A DNA stretch of 64,000 bases from Mustelus asterias (taxonomy: Eukaryota). The notes below the pieces were generated by a model. That model was not told the origin of the DNA, did no database searches, and was given only the letters and a program-made list of their open reading frames with translations. Every line of letters begins with the position of its first letter. The first letter of the stretch is position 1. The stretch spans positions 62,001 through 126,000 of the forward strand of contig NW_027590802.1 of NCBI RefSeq assembly GCF_964213995.1, given 5' to 3'. Made by a program: the position numbers and the translations under genes. Positions 24,141 through 36,020 of the stretch are shown piece after piece.

Positions 24141-24429
24141 TCAGATAATTCTATTTGAGTATAGAAATAGGAATGCTGTACTGCAGTTGTATGGGGCGTT
24201 GATGATGTCACACCTGGAGACAACAAACTGGCTCTGCAATAAAGTCAATTCATCAAAGAGCGTGGACTTCCTGATCAATAGAAACAGATAATTCTTCTTT
24301 CTCACCCCGCACTGTAATTCGTAATTATAATTCAAAGAGGGCAGAAGAAGCGATGTTTATATTTACGGATAACTAGCTCACCACCTTCTGGTTTTACAGC
24401 ATCATTTGTAACAGACAGAATTGAGCTGA

Positions 24430-24571
24430 GAACATTCTGAGAGACATCAGCAGATTATCAAGGGCAGAATTTCGAACGGGTGACTTGAAATGTTCGACTC
24501 TCCTTTTCGAGAGAGGACAGCGACAATACGGCTACTTCGCGCGTGAGTCGTGTGGTGAGCATTTCTGACAG
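24430..24571 (+). pseudogene. TRAV: Decayed TCR V promoter and leader exon; 5' half of the V pseudogene at 33355
   Basis: Aligns by eye with 40960-41106 (GATTATCAAGGGC...ACGGGTG...GACAGCGACA). ATG>ATA at 24526, two TGA stops, donor GT>TT. Confidence 0.7.
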
Positions 24572-25031
24572 TTGATTGTGGTCCAGTGACATTGGTTCTT
24601 TCCTTAAATTATCGAATAATTTTCGCATACACTGGCCAGATTGATTCATATTTTAAAGTAGAGGCGCAGAGTTATAGAGGTTTACAGGATGGAAACAGGC
24701 CCTTCGGCCCAACTTGTCCATGCCTCCCTTTTTTAAAACCCCTAAGCTAGTCGCAATTTCCCGCATTTGGCCCATATCCCTCTCTCCTCATGTAACTGCC
24801 AAAACGCGTTTTAAAAGACAAAATTCTACCCGCCCCTACTACTGCCTCTGGCAGCTTGTTCCAGACACTCACCACCCTCTGTGTGAAACAATTGCCCCTC
24901 TGGACCCCTTTCACCTTAAACCTATGCCCTCTAGTTTTAGACTCCCCCATATTTGGGAAAATGTATTGACTATCGAGCTGATCTATGCCCCTCATTACTT
25001 TATAGACCTCCATAAGATCACCCCTCACCTC

Positions 25032-25365
25032 ATAGAAATCATAGAAACCCTACAGTGTAGAAAGAGGCCATTCGGCCCATCGAGTCTACACCGACCACAA
25101 TCCCACCCAGGCCCTACCCCCATATCCCTACATATTTACCCGCTAATCCCTCTAACCTACCCATCTCAAGACACTTAGCGTGGCCAATCAACCTAACCCG
25201 CACATATTTGGACTATGGGAGGAAACCGGAGCACCCGGAGGAAACCCACGCAGACACGAGGAGAATGTGCAAACTCCACACAGACAGTGACCCAAGCCGG
25301 GAATCGAACCCAGGTCCCTGGAGCTGTGAAGCAGCAGTGTTAACCATTGTGCTACCGTGCCGCCC
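25032..25365 (-). mobile_element. V-SINE (HE1-like) nested in CR1
   Basis: Same core and tail. Confidence 0.88.
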
Positions 25366-25942
25366 TTTCTAAGCTCCAGAGAAAAAGGTCCCAGTCTATC
25401 CAGTCTCTCCTTATAACTCAAACTATCAAGTCCCGGTAGCATCCTAGATAACCTCTTTAGCACTCTTTCTATTTTAATAATATTCTTTCTATAATAGGCT
25501 GACCAGAACTTTGCACAGTATTCCATGTGTGGCCTTCCCAATGTCTTGTACAACTTCAACAAGACGTCCCAACTCCTGTATTCAATGTTCTGACCAATGA
25601 AACCAAGCGTGCCGAATGCCTTCCTCATCACTCTGTCCACCTGTGACTCCACTGTCAAGGAGCTATGAACCTGTACCCCTCGTTCTCTTTGTTCTGTAAC
25701 TCCCTCCAACGCCCTACAATTAACTGAGTAAGTCCTGCCCTTGTTCAATCTACAAAAATGCATCACCTGGCATTTATCCAAATTAAACTCCGTCTGCCAT
25801 TCGTCAGCCCACTGGCCCAATTGATCAAGATCCCCTTGCAATCCGAGATAACCTTCCCCATAGAACATAGAACATAGAAAGCCACAGCACAAACAGGCCC
25901 TTCGGCCCACAAGTTGCGCCGATCACATCCCCACCTCTAGGC

Positions 25943-28855
25943 CTATCTATAGCCCTCAATCCCATTAAATCCCATGTACTCATCCAGAAGTCTCTTAAAA
26001 GACCACAACGAGTTTGCCTCCACCACCACCGACGTCAGCCGATTCCACTCACCCACCACCCTCTGAGTGAAAAACTTACCCCTGACATCTCCTCGGTACC
26101 TACCCCCCAGCACCTTAAACCTGTGTCCTCTCGTAGCAACCATTTCAGCCCTTGGAAATAGCCTCTGAGAGTCTACCCTATCCAGACCTCTCAACATCTT
26201 GTAAACCTCTATCAGGTCACCTCTCATCCTTCGTCTCTCCAGGGAGAAGAGACCAAGCTCCCTCAACCTATCCTCATAAGGCATGCCCCCCAATCCAGGC
26301 AACATCCTTGTAAATCTCCTCTGCACCCTTTCAATGGCTTCAACATCTTTCCTGTAATGAGGTGACCAGAACTGCGCGCAGTACTCCAAGTGGGGTCTAA
26401 CCAGGGTCCTATAAAGCTGCAGCATTATCTCCCGACTCCTAAACTCAATCCCTCGATTAATGAAGGCCAGTACGCCGTACGCCTTCTTGACCGCATCCTC
26501 CACCTGCGAGGCCGATTTAAGAGTCCTATGGACCCGGACCCCAAGGTCCTTCTGATCCTCTACACTGCTAAGAATGGTACCCTTCATATTATACTGCTGC
26601 TTCATCCCATTGGATCTGCCAAAATGGATCACCACACACTTATCCGGGTTGAAGTCCATCTGCCACTTCTCCGCCCAGTCTTGCATTCTATCTATGTCTC
26701 GCTGCAACTTCTGACATCCCTCCAAACTATCCACAACACCACCTACCTTGGTGTCGTCAGCAAACTTACCAAGCCATCCCTCCACTTCCTCATCCAGGTC
26801 ATTTATGAAAATGACAAACAGCAAGGGTCCCAGAACAGATCCCTGGGGCACTCCACTGGTCACTGACCTCCATGCAGAGAAAGACCCCTCCACAGCCACT
26901 CTCTGCCTTCTGCAGGCAAGCCAGTTCTGGATCCACAAGGCAACAGCCCCTTGGATCCCATGCCCTCTCACTTTCTCAAGAAGTCTTGCATGGGGGACCT
27001 TATCGAACGCCTTGCTGAAGTCCATATAGACCACATCCACCGCTCTTCCTTCGTCAATGTGTTTGGTCACATTTTCAAAGAACTCAACCAGGCTCGTAAG
27101 GCACGACCTGCCCTTGACAAAGCCGTGCTGACTACTTTTGATCATACTAAACTTCTCTAGATGATCATAAATCCTGTCTCTCAGGATCCTCTCCATCAAC
27201 TTACCAACCACTGAGGTTAGACTCACCGGTCGGTAATTTCCCGGGCTGTCCCTGTTCCCTTTCTTGAATATAGGGACCACATCTGCAATCCTCCAATCCT
27301 CCGGAACCTCTCCCGTCTCCATCGACGATGCAAAGATCATCGCCAAAGGCTCCGCAATCTCCTCCCTCGCCTCCCACAGTAACCTGGGGTACATCCCATC
27401 CGGTCCCGGCGACTTACCAACCTTGATGCCATTCAATAGTTCCAACACATCCTCTTTCTTTATGTCCACATGCTCGATCCTTTCTGTCCACCGCAAACCA
27501 GCAGTACAACCACCCGGATCCCTTTCCACCGTGAATACCGAGGTAAAGTATTCATTAAGCAGCTCCGCCATTTCTAACGGTTCCGCACAAACTTTTCCCC
27601 CTTCACCTTTTAAGGGTCCTATGCCTTCACATCTCATCCTTTTACTCTTGACATATTTGTAGAAAGCCTTGGGATTCTCCTTAATCTTACCCGCCAAGGC
27701 CTTCTCATGACCCCTTCTCGCTCTCCTAATTTCCTTCTTAAGCTCCTTCCTACATCCCGTATACTCCTCTAAATCCTTAACACCTCCTAGCTCTCTGAAC
27801 CTTCTGTACGCCTCTCTTTTCTTATTCACCAGGTTCATCACAACCTTCGTGCACCACGGTTCCCGTACCCTACCAACACCCCCCTGTCTCATCGGAACGT
27901 TGTCATGCAGAGCTCCAGACAAACATTCCTTGAAAATCCTCCACTTTCCTTCGGTACTTTTCCCCAAGAATGCCTCCTTCCAATTTACCCGTCTAATTTC
28001 CTCCCTGATGACACTGTATTTCCCTTTACTCCAGAGAAACACTTTCCTAGCCTGCCTGATCCTATCTCTTTCCAATGCTATCGTGAAGGAGATAGAATTA
28101 TGATCGCTATCCCCAAGATGCTCATCCACCGAGAGATCCTCCACCTGTCCAGGTTCATTAGCCAGCACCAGATCAAGTACAGCCTCTCCTCTAGTAGGCT
28201 TATCCACATACTGTGTCAGGAAACTCTCCTGGACACACCTAACAAACGCCTCTCCATCCAAACCTCTAGCCCACGGGATATTCCAATCTATGTTTGGGAA
28301 ATTAAAATCTCCCATCACGACAACTCTGTTATTCCTACATCTCTCCAGGATCTGTTTCCCCATCTGCTCCTCAACATCTCTGTTACTATTGGGCGGCCTA
28401 TAGAAAACACCCAGCAACGTTACCGACCCCTTCCTGTTCCTAACCTCCACCCACAGAGACTCCGTAGTCAATCCCTCCACGGCGTCCACCTTCTCTACAG
28501 CCGTGACACTATCCCTGATCAACAGTGCCACTCCCCCCCCTCTCTTGCCTCCCTCCCTGTCCTTCCTGAAACATCTAAAACCCGGCACCTGAAGCACCCA
28601 GTCCTGTCCCTGAGACATCCAAGTCTCCGTAGTGGCCACCACATCACAATTCGAAGCAGCAATCCACGCTCTAAGCTCATCCACTTTATTCACTACACTC
28701 CTGGCATTAAAATAGACACATCTCAGACCTTCAGCCTGAGCACTTCCCTTCTCCATCAGTCGTCTAACCTCCCTCTTACCCTGTTTACATTCCTTATCTA
28801 TTTGCGAGCTAACCTCCTCGCTCTCAGTCCCCTCATTTCGATTCCCTCCCCCCAA
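25943..28855 (-). CDS. CR1 ORF2: apurinic-like endonuclease plus reverse transcriptase, 970 aa uninterrupted
   Basis: NARS..ETW..GDFN..SDH endonuclease motifs; GVPQGSVLGP and FADD RT motifs. Confidence 0.93.
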   Translation of the reverse strand: MGGGNRNEGTESEEVSSQIDKECKQGKREVRRLMEKGSAQAEGLRCVYFNARSVVNKVDELRAWIAASNCDVVATTETWMSQGQDWVLQVPGFRCFRKDREGGKRGGGVALLIRDSVTAVEKVDAVEGLTTESLWVEVRNRKGSVTLLGVFYRPPNSNRDVEEQMGKQILERCRNNRVVVMGDFNFPNIDWNIPWARGLDGEAFVRCVQESFLTQYVDKPTRGEAVLDLVLANEPGQVEDLSVDEHLGDSDHNSISFTIALERDRIRQARKVFLWSKGKYSVIREEIRRVNWKEAFLGKSTEGKWRIFKECLSGALHDNVPMRQGGVGRVREPWCTKVVMNLVNKKREAYRRFRELGGVKDLEEYTGCRKELKKEIRRARRGHEKALAGKIKENPKAFYKYVKSKRMRCEGIGPLKGEGGKVCAEPLEMAELLNEYFTSVFTVERDPGGCTAGLRWTERIEHVDIKKEDVLELLNGIKVGKSPGPDGMYPRLLWEAREEIAEPLAMIFASSMETGEVPEDWRIADVVPIFKKGNRDSPGNYRPVSLTSVVGKLMERILRDRIYDHLEKFSMIKSSQHGFVKGRSCLTSLVEFFENVTKHIDEGRAVDVVYMDFSKAFDKVPHARLLEKVRGHGIQGAVALWIQNWLACRRQRVAVEGSFSAWRSVTSGVPQGSVLGPLLFVIFINDLDEEVEGWLGKFADDTKVGGVVDSLEGCQKLQRDIDRMQDWAEKWQMDFNPDKCVVIHFGRSNGMKQQYNMKGTILSSVEDQKDLGVRVHRTLKSASQVEDAVKKAYGVLAFINRGIEFRSREIMLQLYRTLVRPHLEYCAQFWSPHYRKDVEAIERVQRRFTRMLPGLGGMPYEDRLRELGLFSLERRRMRGDLIEVYKMLRGLDRVDSQRLFPRAEMVATRGHRFKVLGGRYRGDVRGKFFTQRVVGEWNRLTSVVVEANSLWSFKRLLDEYMGFNGIEGYR

Positions 28856-28860
28856 CCTTT

Positions 28861-29420
28861 CTAGTTTAAAGTCTCTCCAGTAGCCTTAGCCAACCTTCCC
28901 GCCAGGATATTGGTCCCCCTGGGATTCAAGTGCCACCCGTCTTTTTTAAACAGGTCACACCTGCCCCTAAAGAGGTCCCAATGATCCAAGTACCCAAATC
29001 CTTGTCCCTTGCTCCAGTCCCTCAGCCACGCATTCATTCTCCACCGATTCCTGTTCTCACTCTCCCACGGCACAGGCAGCAATCCCGAGATTACTACCTT
29101 TGCATTCCTCTTTCTCAGCTGTCTACCTAACTCCCTATATTCTCTTTTCATGACCCCTTCCCTCTTCCTACCTATGTCAGCAGTACCTATATGCATCACG
29201 ACCTTCGGCTCCTCTCCCTCCCGCTTCAGGATTTCTGGGACTCGACCAGAGACATCCCGGACCCCTGCACCAGGGAGGCAAACCACCATCCGAGAGTCCC
29301 GTCTGTGTCCGCAAAAACGCCTATCTGACCCCCTCACCGTAGAGTCCCCAATTAGCACTACCCTCCTTTCCTTACCCTTTTGCACTACTGGGCCAGGCTC
29401 AGCTCCAGAGACACTGCCAC
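28861..29420 (-). CDS. CR1 ORF1 C-terminal part (SGNH/GDSL esterase-like)
   Basis: IGDST...HIGT.D...DGWHLN motifs; stop immediately upstream of ORF2. Confidence 0.8.
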
Positions 29421-32379
29421 CAGCAATCTTGGTGTCATCTGGAAAGTTACTAACCTTGCCTCCTATATTTTCATCCAAATCATTAATATAAATATCAGAG
29501 GACCCAACACCGATCCCTGAGCCACACCTCAGGTCACAGGCCTCCAGTTTGAAAAACAACCCTCTCCAACCACCGTATGGCTTCTGTCATCAAGCCAATT
29601 TTGTATCCATTCAGGTACCCCACGTTGGATCCCGTGAGATTTTAACCTTATGCAACAATCTACCATGCGGTACCTTGTCAAAGGCCTTGCTAAAGTCCAT
29701 GTAGACAACACCAACTGCACGGCCCTCATCTACCTTCTTGGTTACCATTTCAAAAAACTCAATCAAATTTGTGAGACATGACTTTCCACTCACAAAGCCA
29801 TACTGACTGTCCCTAATCTGTTGTTGCGGCTCTAAATGCCTGTAGACTCTGTCTCTCAAAATAACTTGCAACAACTTATCCAGCACAGATGTGAGGCTCA
29901 CCGGCCAGTAGTTCCCAGGCTGTTCCCTGCAGCCCATTTTGAACAAAGGGACAACATTTGCGACCCTCCAATCTTCAGGCACCTCACCTGTGACTATCGA
30001 CGATTCAAATATCTCTGTAGGGGACCTGCAATTTCCTCCCCTGCCTTCCACAATGTCCTGGGATACACTTCATTAGGTCCCGGGGATTTACCTACCTTGA
30101 TGGACTTTATGACTTCCAGCACCTCCTTCTCTGTAATATGTGCGCGCCTCAAGACATCACCATTTATGTCCTCTAGTTCTCTAACATCCATGCTTTTCTC
30201 AACAGTAAATACTGATGAGAAATATTCATTTAGGATCTCAACCATCTCTTGTGAATCCGCACATAGATGACGTTGTTGATCTTTAAGAGGCCAAACTCTC
30301 TCGCTAGTTACTCTTTTGGCCTTTATGTATTTGCAGAAGCTCTTTGGATTTTTCTTTGCCTTATCTGCCAAATCAATCCCTTGTCCCCTTTTTGCCCTCC
30401 TGATTTCTCTCTTAACTCTACTCCTACATCCTCTGGACTATTCAAGGCATTCACTTGATCCCAGCTGCCTATGCATGTCATGTGCCTCCTTCTTCTTTTT
30501 GACCAGGTCCTCAATATCCCGAGTCATCCAGGGTTCCCTACTTCTACTAGTCTTGCCCTTCACTCTTAAGAGGAATGTGCTTACTCTGAACGCTGGTTAA
30601 CACACTTTTGAAAGCCTCCCACTTACCAGATGTCCCTTTGCTTTCCCACATACTCCCCCACTTAAAGTTTGAATGTTGCTGCCTGTTACCATCAAAATTG
30701 GCCTTACCCCAATTTAGAATTATAACTTTTGGGCCAGACCTATCATTCTCCATAGCTATCTTAAAACTAATAAAATGATGGTCACTGGTCCCCAAATGAT
30801 CCCTCACTAACACTTCTGTCACCTGCCCTTCTTTATTTTCCAAGAGGGCATCAGGTTTTGCCCCCTCTCTAGTCGGGTCATCCACATACTGAATGAAAAA
30901 TTCCTCCTGACTACACTCAACAAATTTCTCTCCATTCAACCCACTAATACTGAGGCTGTCCCAGTCAATGTTGTGAAAGTTAAAATCCATTAATATTGCC
31001 GTCCTATTTTTCTTGGAGCTATCTGTAATCTATATGCTCCTCAATTTCGCGCTGTCTATTTGGGGGCCTAAAGTACGACCCTATCACAGTGATTTTCCTC
31101 TTATTATTTATCAGTTCTACCCATATACACTCAGTGGCCGAACCCTCGGATATATCCCCTCTCAGTACTGCTGTGATGTTCTCCCTAATCAAAAGTGCCA
31201 CCCCTCTCCTCTCTTACCTCCTGTTCTATCTTTCCTCTAGCATCTGCACCCTTGAACATTGAGCTGCCAGTCCTGTCCCTCCCTTAGCCATGTTTCAGCA
31301 ATTGCTATAATATCCCAGTCCCAAGGACCCATCCGTGCCTTGAGTTCTTCTGTCTTGCCCGTCAGGACTCTTGCATTGAAATAAATGCAGTTTAATCTGG
31401 ACTTCCCTCGCTCTCTGCTCTGCGTTTGCCTGATGTGTCTGGTACTAGGATGACTGACAATGCCTTTACTACTTAATGTGCTCTCTTTAACTTCTGTGCT
31501 GTCCTCAACGTTCTCTTCTGTCTCCCTACTGCTTTGGGTCCCACCCCCCTGGCACTAGTTTAAACCCTCCCGAGCGGCTCTTGCAAATCTCCCCCCACTA
31601 GGGTATTAGTCCCCCTCCAGTTCAGGTGTAACCCATCCCTCTTGAACTGGTCACCCTTTCCCCAGAAGAGATCCCTGCCCCTGCACCAGCTCTCAAGCCA
31701 CGCATTCGGCTGCCTAATCTTCCTATTCCCACCGACACGTGGCACCGATAGTAGTCCAGAAATTACAAACTTCGAGGTCCTGCACTATAGCCTTCTGCCT
31801 AACTCTCTATATGCACACTTCAGGACCTCATCCCTTTTACTACCTATGTCGTGGATACCAATATGTACAACGACGTTTGGCTGGTCACCCTCCTCCTTAA
31901 GAATGTCCTGCAACTGCTCAGAGACGTCCTTGACCCTGGCATCCTGGAGTCTCGATCGCAGCCACAGAAACGCCTGTCTGTGCCTCCACCTAGCAATTCC
32001 CCTATTACTGCAGCTCACTTGCTCTTTGCCCAACCCTGTGCGACAGCAGAACCAGGTTTGGTGCGTCAGGGCAGGCTGCTGCTGGGATCTTCCCCTTACA
32101 GGCTATCCCCTTCAAAACGATATACCTGCTTGAAAGGGGAATAGCCACTGGAGACTCCTGCGCCTCCTGTCTGCCTCACCTGGCGGTCACCCATCTACCT
32201 GACTGAAGCTGTGATGTGACAACCTCCTTGTAACCTATGCCCACCACATTCTCTGCCTCCCGTATGCTTCGCAGTGCATCCACCTGCTGCTCCAACCGAA
32301 CAATGTGGTCTGTGAGGATCTGCAACTGGACATACTTCCTGCACACATAGTTATCAGGGAGACTAGATTGCTCCCTAAT

Positions 32380-32780
32380 TTCTGATTTGATTTGATTTAT
32401 TATTGTCAGATGTATGAACATATAGTGAAAAGTATTGTTTCCTGCGAGCTATACAGACAAAACATACCATTCATAGAGAAGGAAACGAGAGAGTGCAGAA
32501 TGTAGTGTTACAGTCATTGCTGGGGTGCAGAGAAAGATCAACTTGATGCAAGGAAAGTCCTTTCAAAAGTGTGTCAGCAGCAGGGAAGAAGCTGTTCTTG
32601 AGTCGGTTGGTACGTGACCTCAGACTTTTGTATCTTTTTCCCGAAGAAAGAAGGTGGAAGAGAGAATGTCCGGGGTGCGTGGGGTCCTTAATTATGCTGG
32701 CTGCGTTGCCGAGGCATCGGCAAATGTAAAGAAAGTCAATGAATGGGAGGCTGGTTTGCCTGATGTATTGGCCGACATTC
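32380..32780 (-). mobile_element. 3' end of a Rex1/Babar-like non-LTR element
   Basis: KDPTHPGHSLFHLLSSGKRYKSLRSRTNRLKNSFFP followed by an (AAATC)n tail. Confidence 0.65.
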
Positions 32781-33000
32781 ACCACCTAATTTCCCACATC
32801 TGGCAGGAGGACCATACCACTGCCCCAACTGTCATACTGCCTTCAAACAGGTAAAAGGATAAAATAATCTCAGCCCACCTTTCCCTTGATTGTAGCCCTC
32901 CCAAAGTCTTTTTTTTTGGTTCGAGGAAAAGGTAGGCACGGAAACACTGAAGTAGCGTTTGGCGTTTAGCTGTCCCTCTACAACAGCTCCTCCACAGACT

Positions 33001-33338
33001 ACCTTCTGGTCGCAGTGACTCCGACAATGCAAATCTTACCTGCAACAGACAATCAGCCCCGCCACTCTGCTGCCCTCACCTGGACACTTACCTTCACACG
33101 AATATGGAGCGTCCCTTCCGGACGTCCACCTTCTGGTCGCAGTGACTGCGTCGATGCAAATCTCATCTGCAACAGCCAATCAGCTCTGCCGCTCTGCTGC
33201 CATCACCTGGAAACTTGCTTCACACAAAGATGGAGGGTGCCTTCCGGACGTCCACCTTCTGGTCGCAGTGACAGCACTGATGCAAATCTTACCTGCAACA
33301 GCCAATCAGTTCCGTCGCTCTGCTGCCCTTACCTGGAC
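33001..33338. repeat. ~126-bp tandem monomers (2.7 copies) at the CR1 5' end
   Basis: Units start ACCTTCTGGTCGCAGTGAC at 33001, 33128 and 33254. Confidence 0.9.
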
Positions 33339-33354
33339 GTGATGATATTTTCAG

Positions 33355-33700
33355 GTCCTTGTGAAGGAGGTTCTGTCACCCAACTGCCCTCATTAGATAT
33401 AAAGAAAGAATGAGATGCAGTGATATTGACCAGTACGTATAATACTGCAGTGAAGAACTATATATCATGCTGGTACCGACAATACCCAGATACACAGCCC
33501 GAGTTTGTATTCTTGAAAAACTCCTGGGATTCTGCGGTCAAAGCATATTTTGCCAAAATCCCTTTCTCTGCTGAGCTCCAGATTGAGAATAAATTTACCA
33601 GATTAACAAGCTCTGGGCTGGAGGTGAATGACTCTGCCTTGCATTACTGTGCTATCAGTCTCACAGTTTTAGCATTCAATCTGATCACCGTACAAGAACT
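33355..33700 (+). pseudogene. TRAV: TCR alpha/delta V pseudogene exon with 23-RSS
   Basis: GPCEGGSVTQ...*DAVILTS(Cys>Ser)...WYRQYPDTQPEF...DSALHYCAIS; in-frame TGA at 33411; RSS CACAGTT-23-ACAAGAACT (33662-33700). Confidence 0.88.
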
Positions 33701-34424
33701 GTCGGCGGGAGTTGCTATGTACTGCAGGTCATATAGAATCGGAGATGGCTGCAACTACAATGTTCAGCGGCGATTCCATGTACCAGAATACTCAACGAAA
33801 TGAACCAAAATTAACCTGGGATCAAACTGTAATGTAACGGTAAGCAGCAGGGGCTAAGTAATCAAACTGCAGAACCCAATGGAACAAAGACACAGCGCAG
33901 TGCCACAATGACACCCCTCACCCCTACCTTCAATAATTTCCTGTCTTGTCAGACTGATCGATCGTGAGCTGGATATCAGTGAATGGAAATAGGCTGTGTT
34001 AGAGGGCAATGTCCTGACCATGGAAATACACCCACTGTTGGAGAGCGGGAGTGGGAATGAAAGCATCCTCTTTTAAATGGGCACTGTCGCTAATAAAACA
34101 GATTTAAAACCAATCATCGCACTCAACCAAACATACTGAAGGCCATCTGTGTAGATGAGAATTTGTACTCAATTTCCCGGTGGCCCGCAGACTGTGGATT
34201 TCGTCAGTTGCAATAATAAAAATAACCAGAAAATGTAAGAACATTTCACCAGCATCCGTTAGCCTTTTGAGAATTCAGTGGATTCTCAGACAGAAGACCA
34301 TTTGCCATGCATCGCAAGCGAGGGAACAACTCACGCTTGGCATGTTTACTGTTGAATGGAGATCACTGGATCACATTGCACTCGGGCAGGAGAACGGTAA
34401 TTTTCCTCATCATAGTTCACCATT

Positions 34425-34700
34425 CCACAGTGAGAGAACCTGAACGGTTTCCCATCAGTGCACATATGTTGATGTGACAACAGATTTCAGGAGCTTTGAT
34501 CGCGTTTCCCGCAGTCTGGACATTCAAATGGTCTGTCAGTTGTGTGAATTCGCTGGTGTCTCAGCAGGATGGGTGCTTGACTCGATCCCTTCCACCTTTG
34601 GAGCAGATGTAAGGTCCCTTGTGAGTGTGAACTCGCTGGTGTCCCCGCAGACGAGAAGAGTGAGTGAATCATTTCCCACACAGAGCAGCTGAATGGATTA
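34425..34700 (-). pseudogene. Decayed C2H2 zinc-finger array fragment
   Basis: Frameshifted [27 protein letters not shown] and GKPFR linker motifs. Confidence 0.8.
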
Positions 34701-34789
34701 ATGCCACACCGCGTTAATGAAACACCTGTGAAATTCAGAGACAATGAATGGCCGGACGATTACTACTTGCTCTGAATTCTCCTGACTTG

Positions 34790-36020
34790 GCAGTGCAGTT
34801 GATGTTATCTACAGTGCAGTTGATGTTGTCTGCATGGACTTTAGCAAGGCCTTTGACAAGGTACCGGATGATAGGTTGTTGCATGAGGTTAAATCTCACG
34901 GGATCCAGGGTGAGGTATGTAAATGGATACAAAATTGACTTCTTGACAGAAGTCAGAGGGTGGTTGTGGAGGGTCGTTTTTCAAACTGGAGGCCTGTGAC
35001 CACCGGTGTGCCTCAGGGATCAGTGCTGGACCTACTGTTATTTGTCATTTATATTAAAGATTTGGATGAGAATATCGGAAACATGGTTTGTAAGTTTGCA
35101 GATGACACCACGATTGGTGGCATAGTGGACGGTGAAGAATGGTATCTCCAATTGCAACGTGATCTTGATCAATTGGGCCAGTGGGCCGACGAATGGCAGA
35201 TGGAGTTTAATTTCGACAAATGCGAGGCGTTGCATTTTGGTCGACTGAATCAGAGCAGGACTTACTAAGTTAATGGTAGGGCGTTGGGCAGAGTTACAGA
35301 ACAAAAAGATCTAGGGGTACAGGTTCACAGCTCCTTGAAAGTGGAGTCACAGGTGGACAGAGTGGTGAAGAAGGCATTCGTCATGCTTGGTTTCATCTGT
35401 CAGAACATTGAATACAAGAGTTGGAATGTCTTGTTGAAGTTGTACAAGACATTGGAAAGGTCGCAATGGAATACTGTGTGCAGTTCTTTTCACCCTATTA
35501 TAGAAAGGATATAATTAAACTTGAAAGAGTGCCGAAAACATTTACTAGGATGCTTCCGGGACTGACGTTTTGAGTTATAAGGAGAGGCTGGATAGACTGG
35601 GACTTTTTTTCCAGGAGCATAGAAGGCTGAGGGGTGATCTTACAGAGATCTACAAAATAATGAGAGGCACAGATTAGCTAGACAGTCAATATCTTTTCCC
35701 AAAGGTAGTGGAGCCTGAAACTAGTGGGCATAGTTTCAAAGTGAGAGGGGAGATATACAAACGTGTCCAGAGGGGCAATTTCTTAACATAGAAGGTGGTG
35801 AGTGTCTGGAACAAGCTGCCAGAGGTAGTAGTAGAGGCGGGTACAATTTTGTTTTTTAAAAAACATTTAGATAGTTACATGGGTAAATTGGGTTCAGAGG
35901 GATATGGGCCAAAAGCGAGCATTGGGATGAGCGTAGGGGCTTAAAATAAATGAGCGGCATGGACAAGTCGGGCCGAAGGGCCTGTTTCCATGCTGTAATC
36001 TTCTATGACTATGGCTCTAT
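34790..36020 (+). mobile_element. Decayed CR1 RT/3' fragment
   Basis: GVPQGSVL and FADDT motifs; 3' tail. Confidence 0.85.

Larger units (their letters stand above)
25861..29420 (-). mobile_element. Young 5'-truncated CR1-type LINE nested in an older CR1
   Basis: 3' (CTATGTT)n tail, intact ORF2 and partial ORF1; the flanks are two halves of another RT (…DDTKIAG | GEGYLGLQGDL…). Confidence 0.92.
24660..33340 (-). mobile_element. Older near-full-length CR1 LINE (5' monomers, ORF1, ORF2, 3' tail) hosting nested insertions
   Basis: Collinear frameshifted ORF1 (CQMWE, YVCRK, esterase) and ORF2 fragments; interrupted by a SINE (25032-25365), a young CR1 and a Rex/Babar-like 3' end. Confidence 0.8.

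Noticed and set aside
26390-29491. Long plus-strand ORFs (up to 319 aa)
   Set aside because: Antisense shadows of the CR1 ORFs
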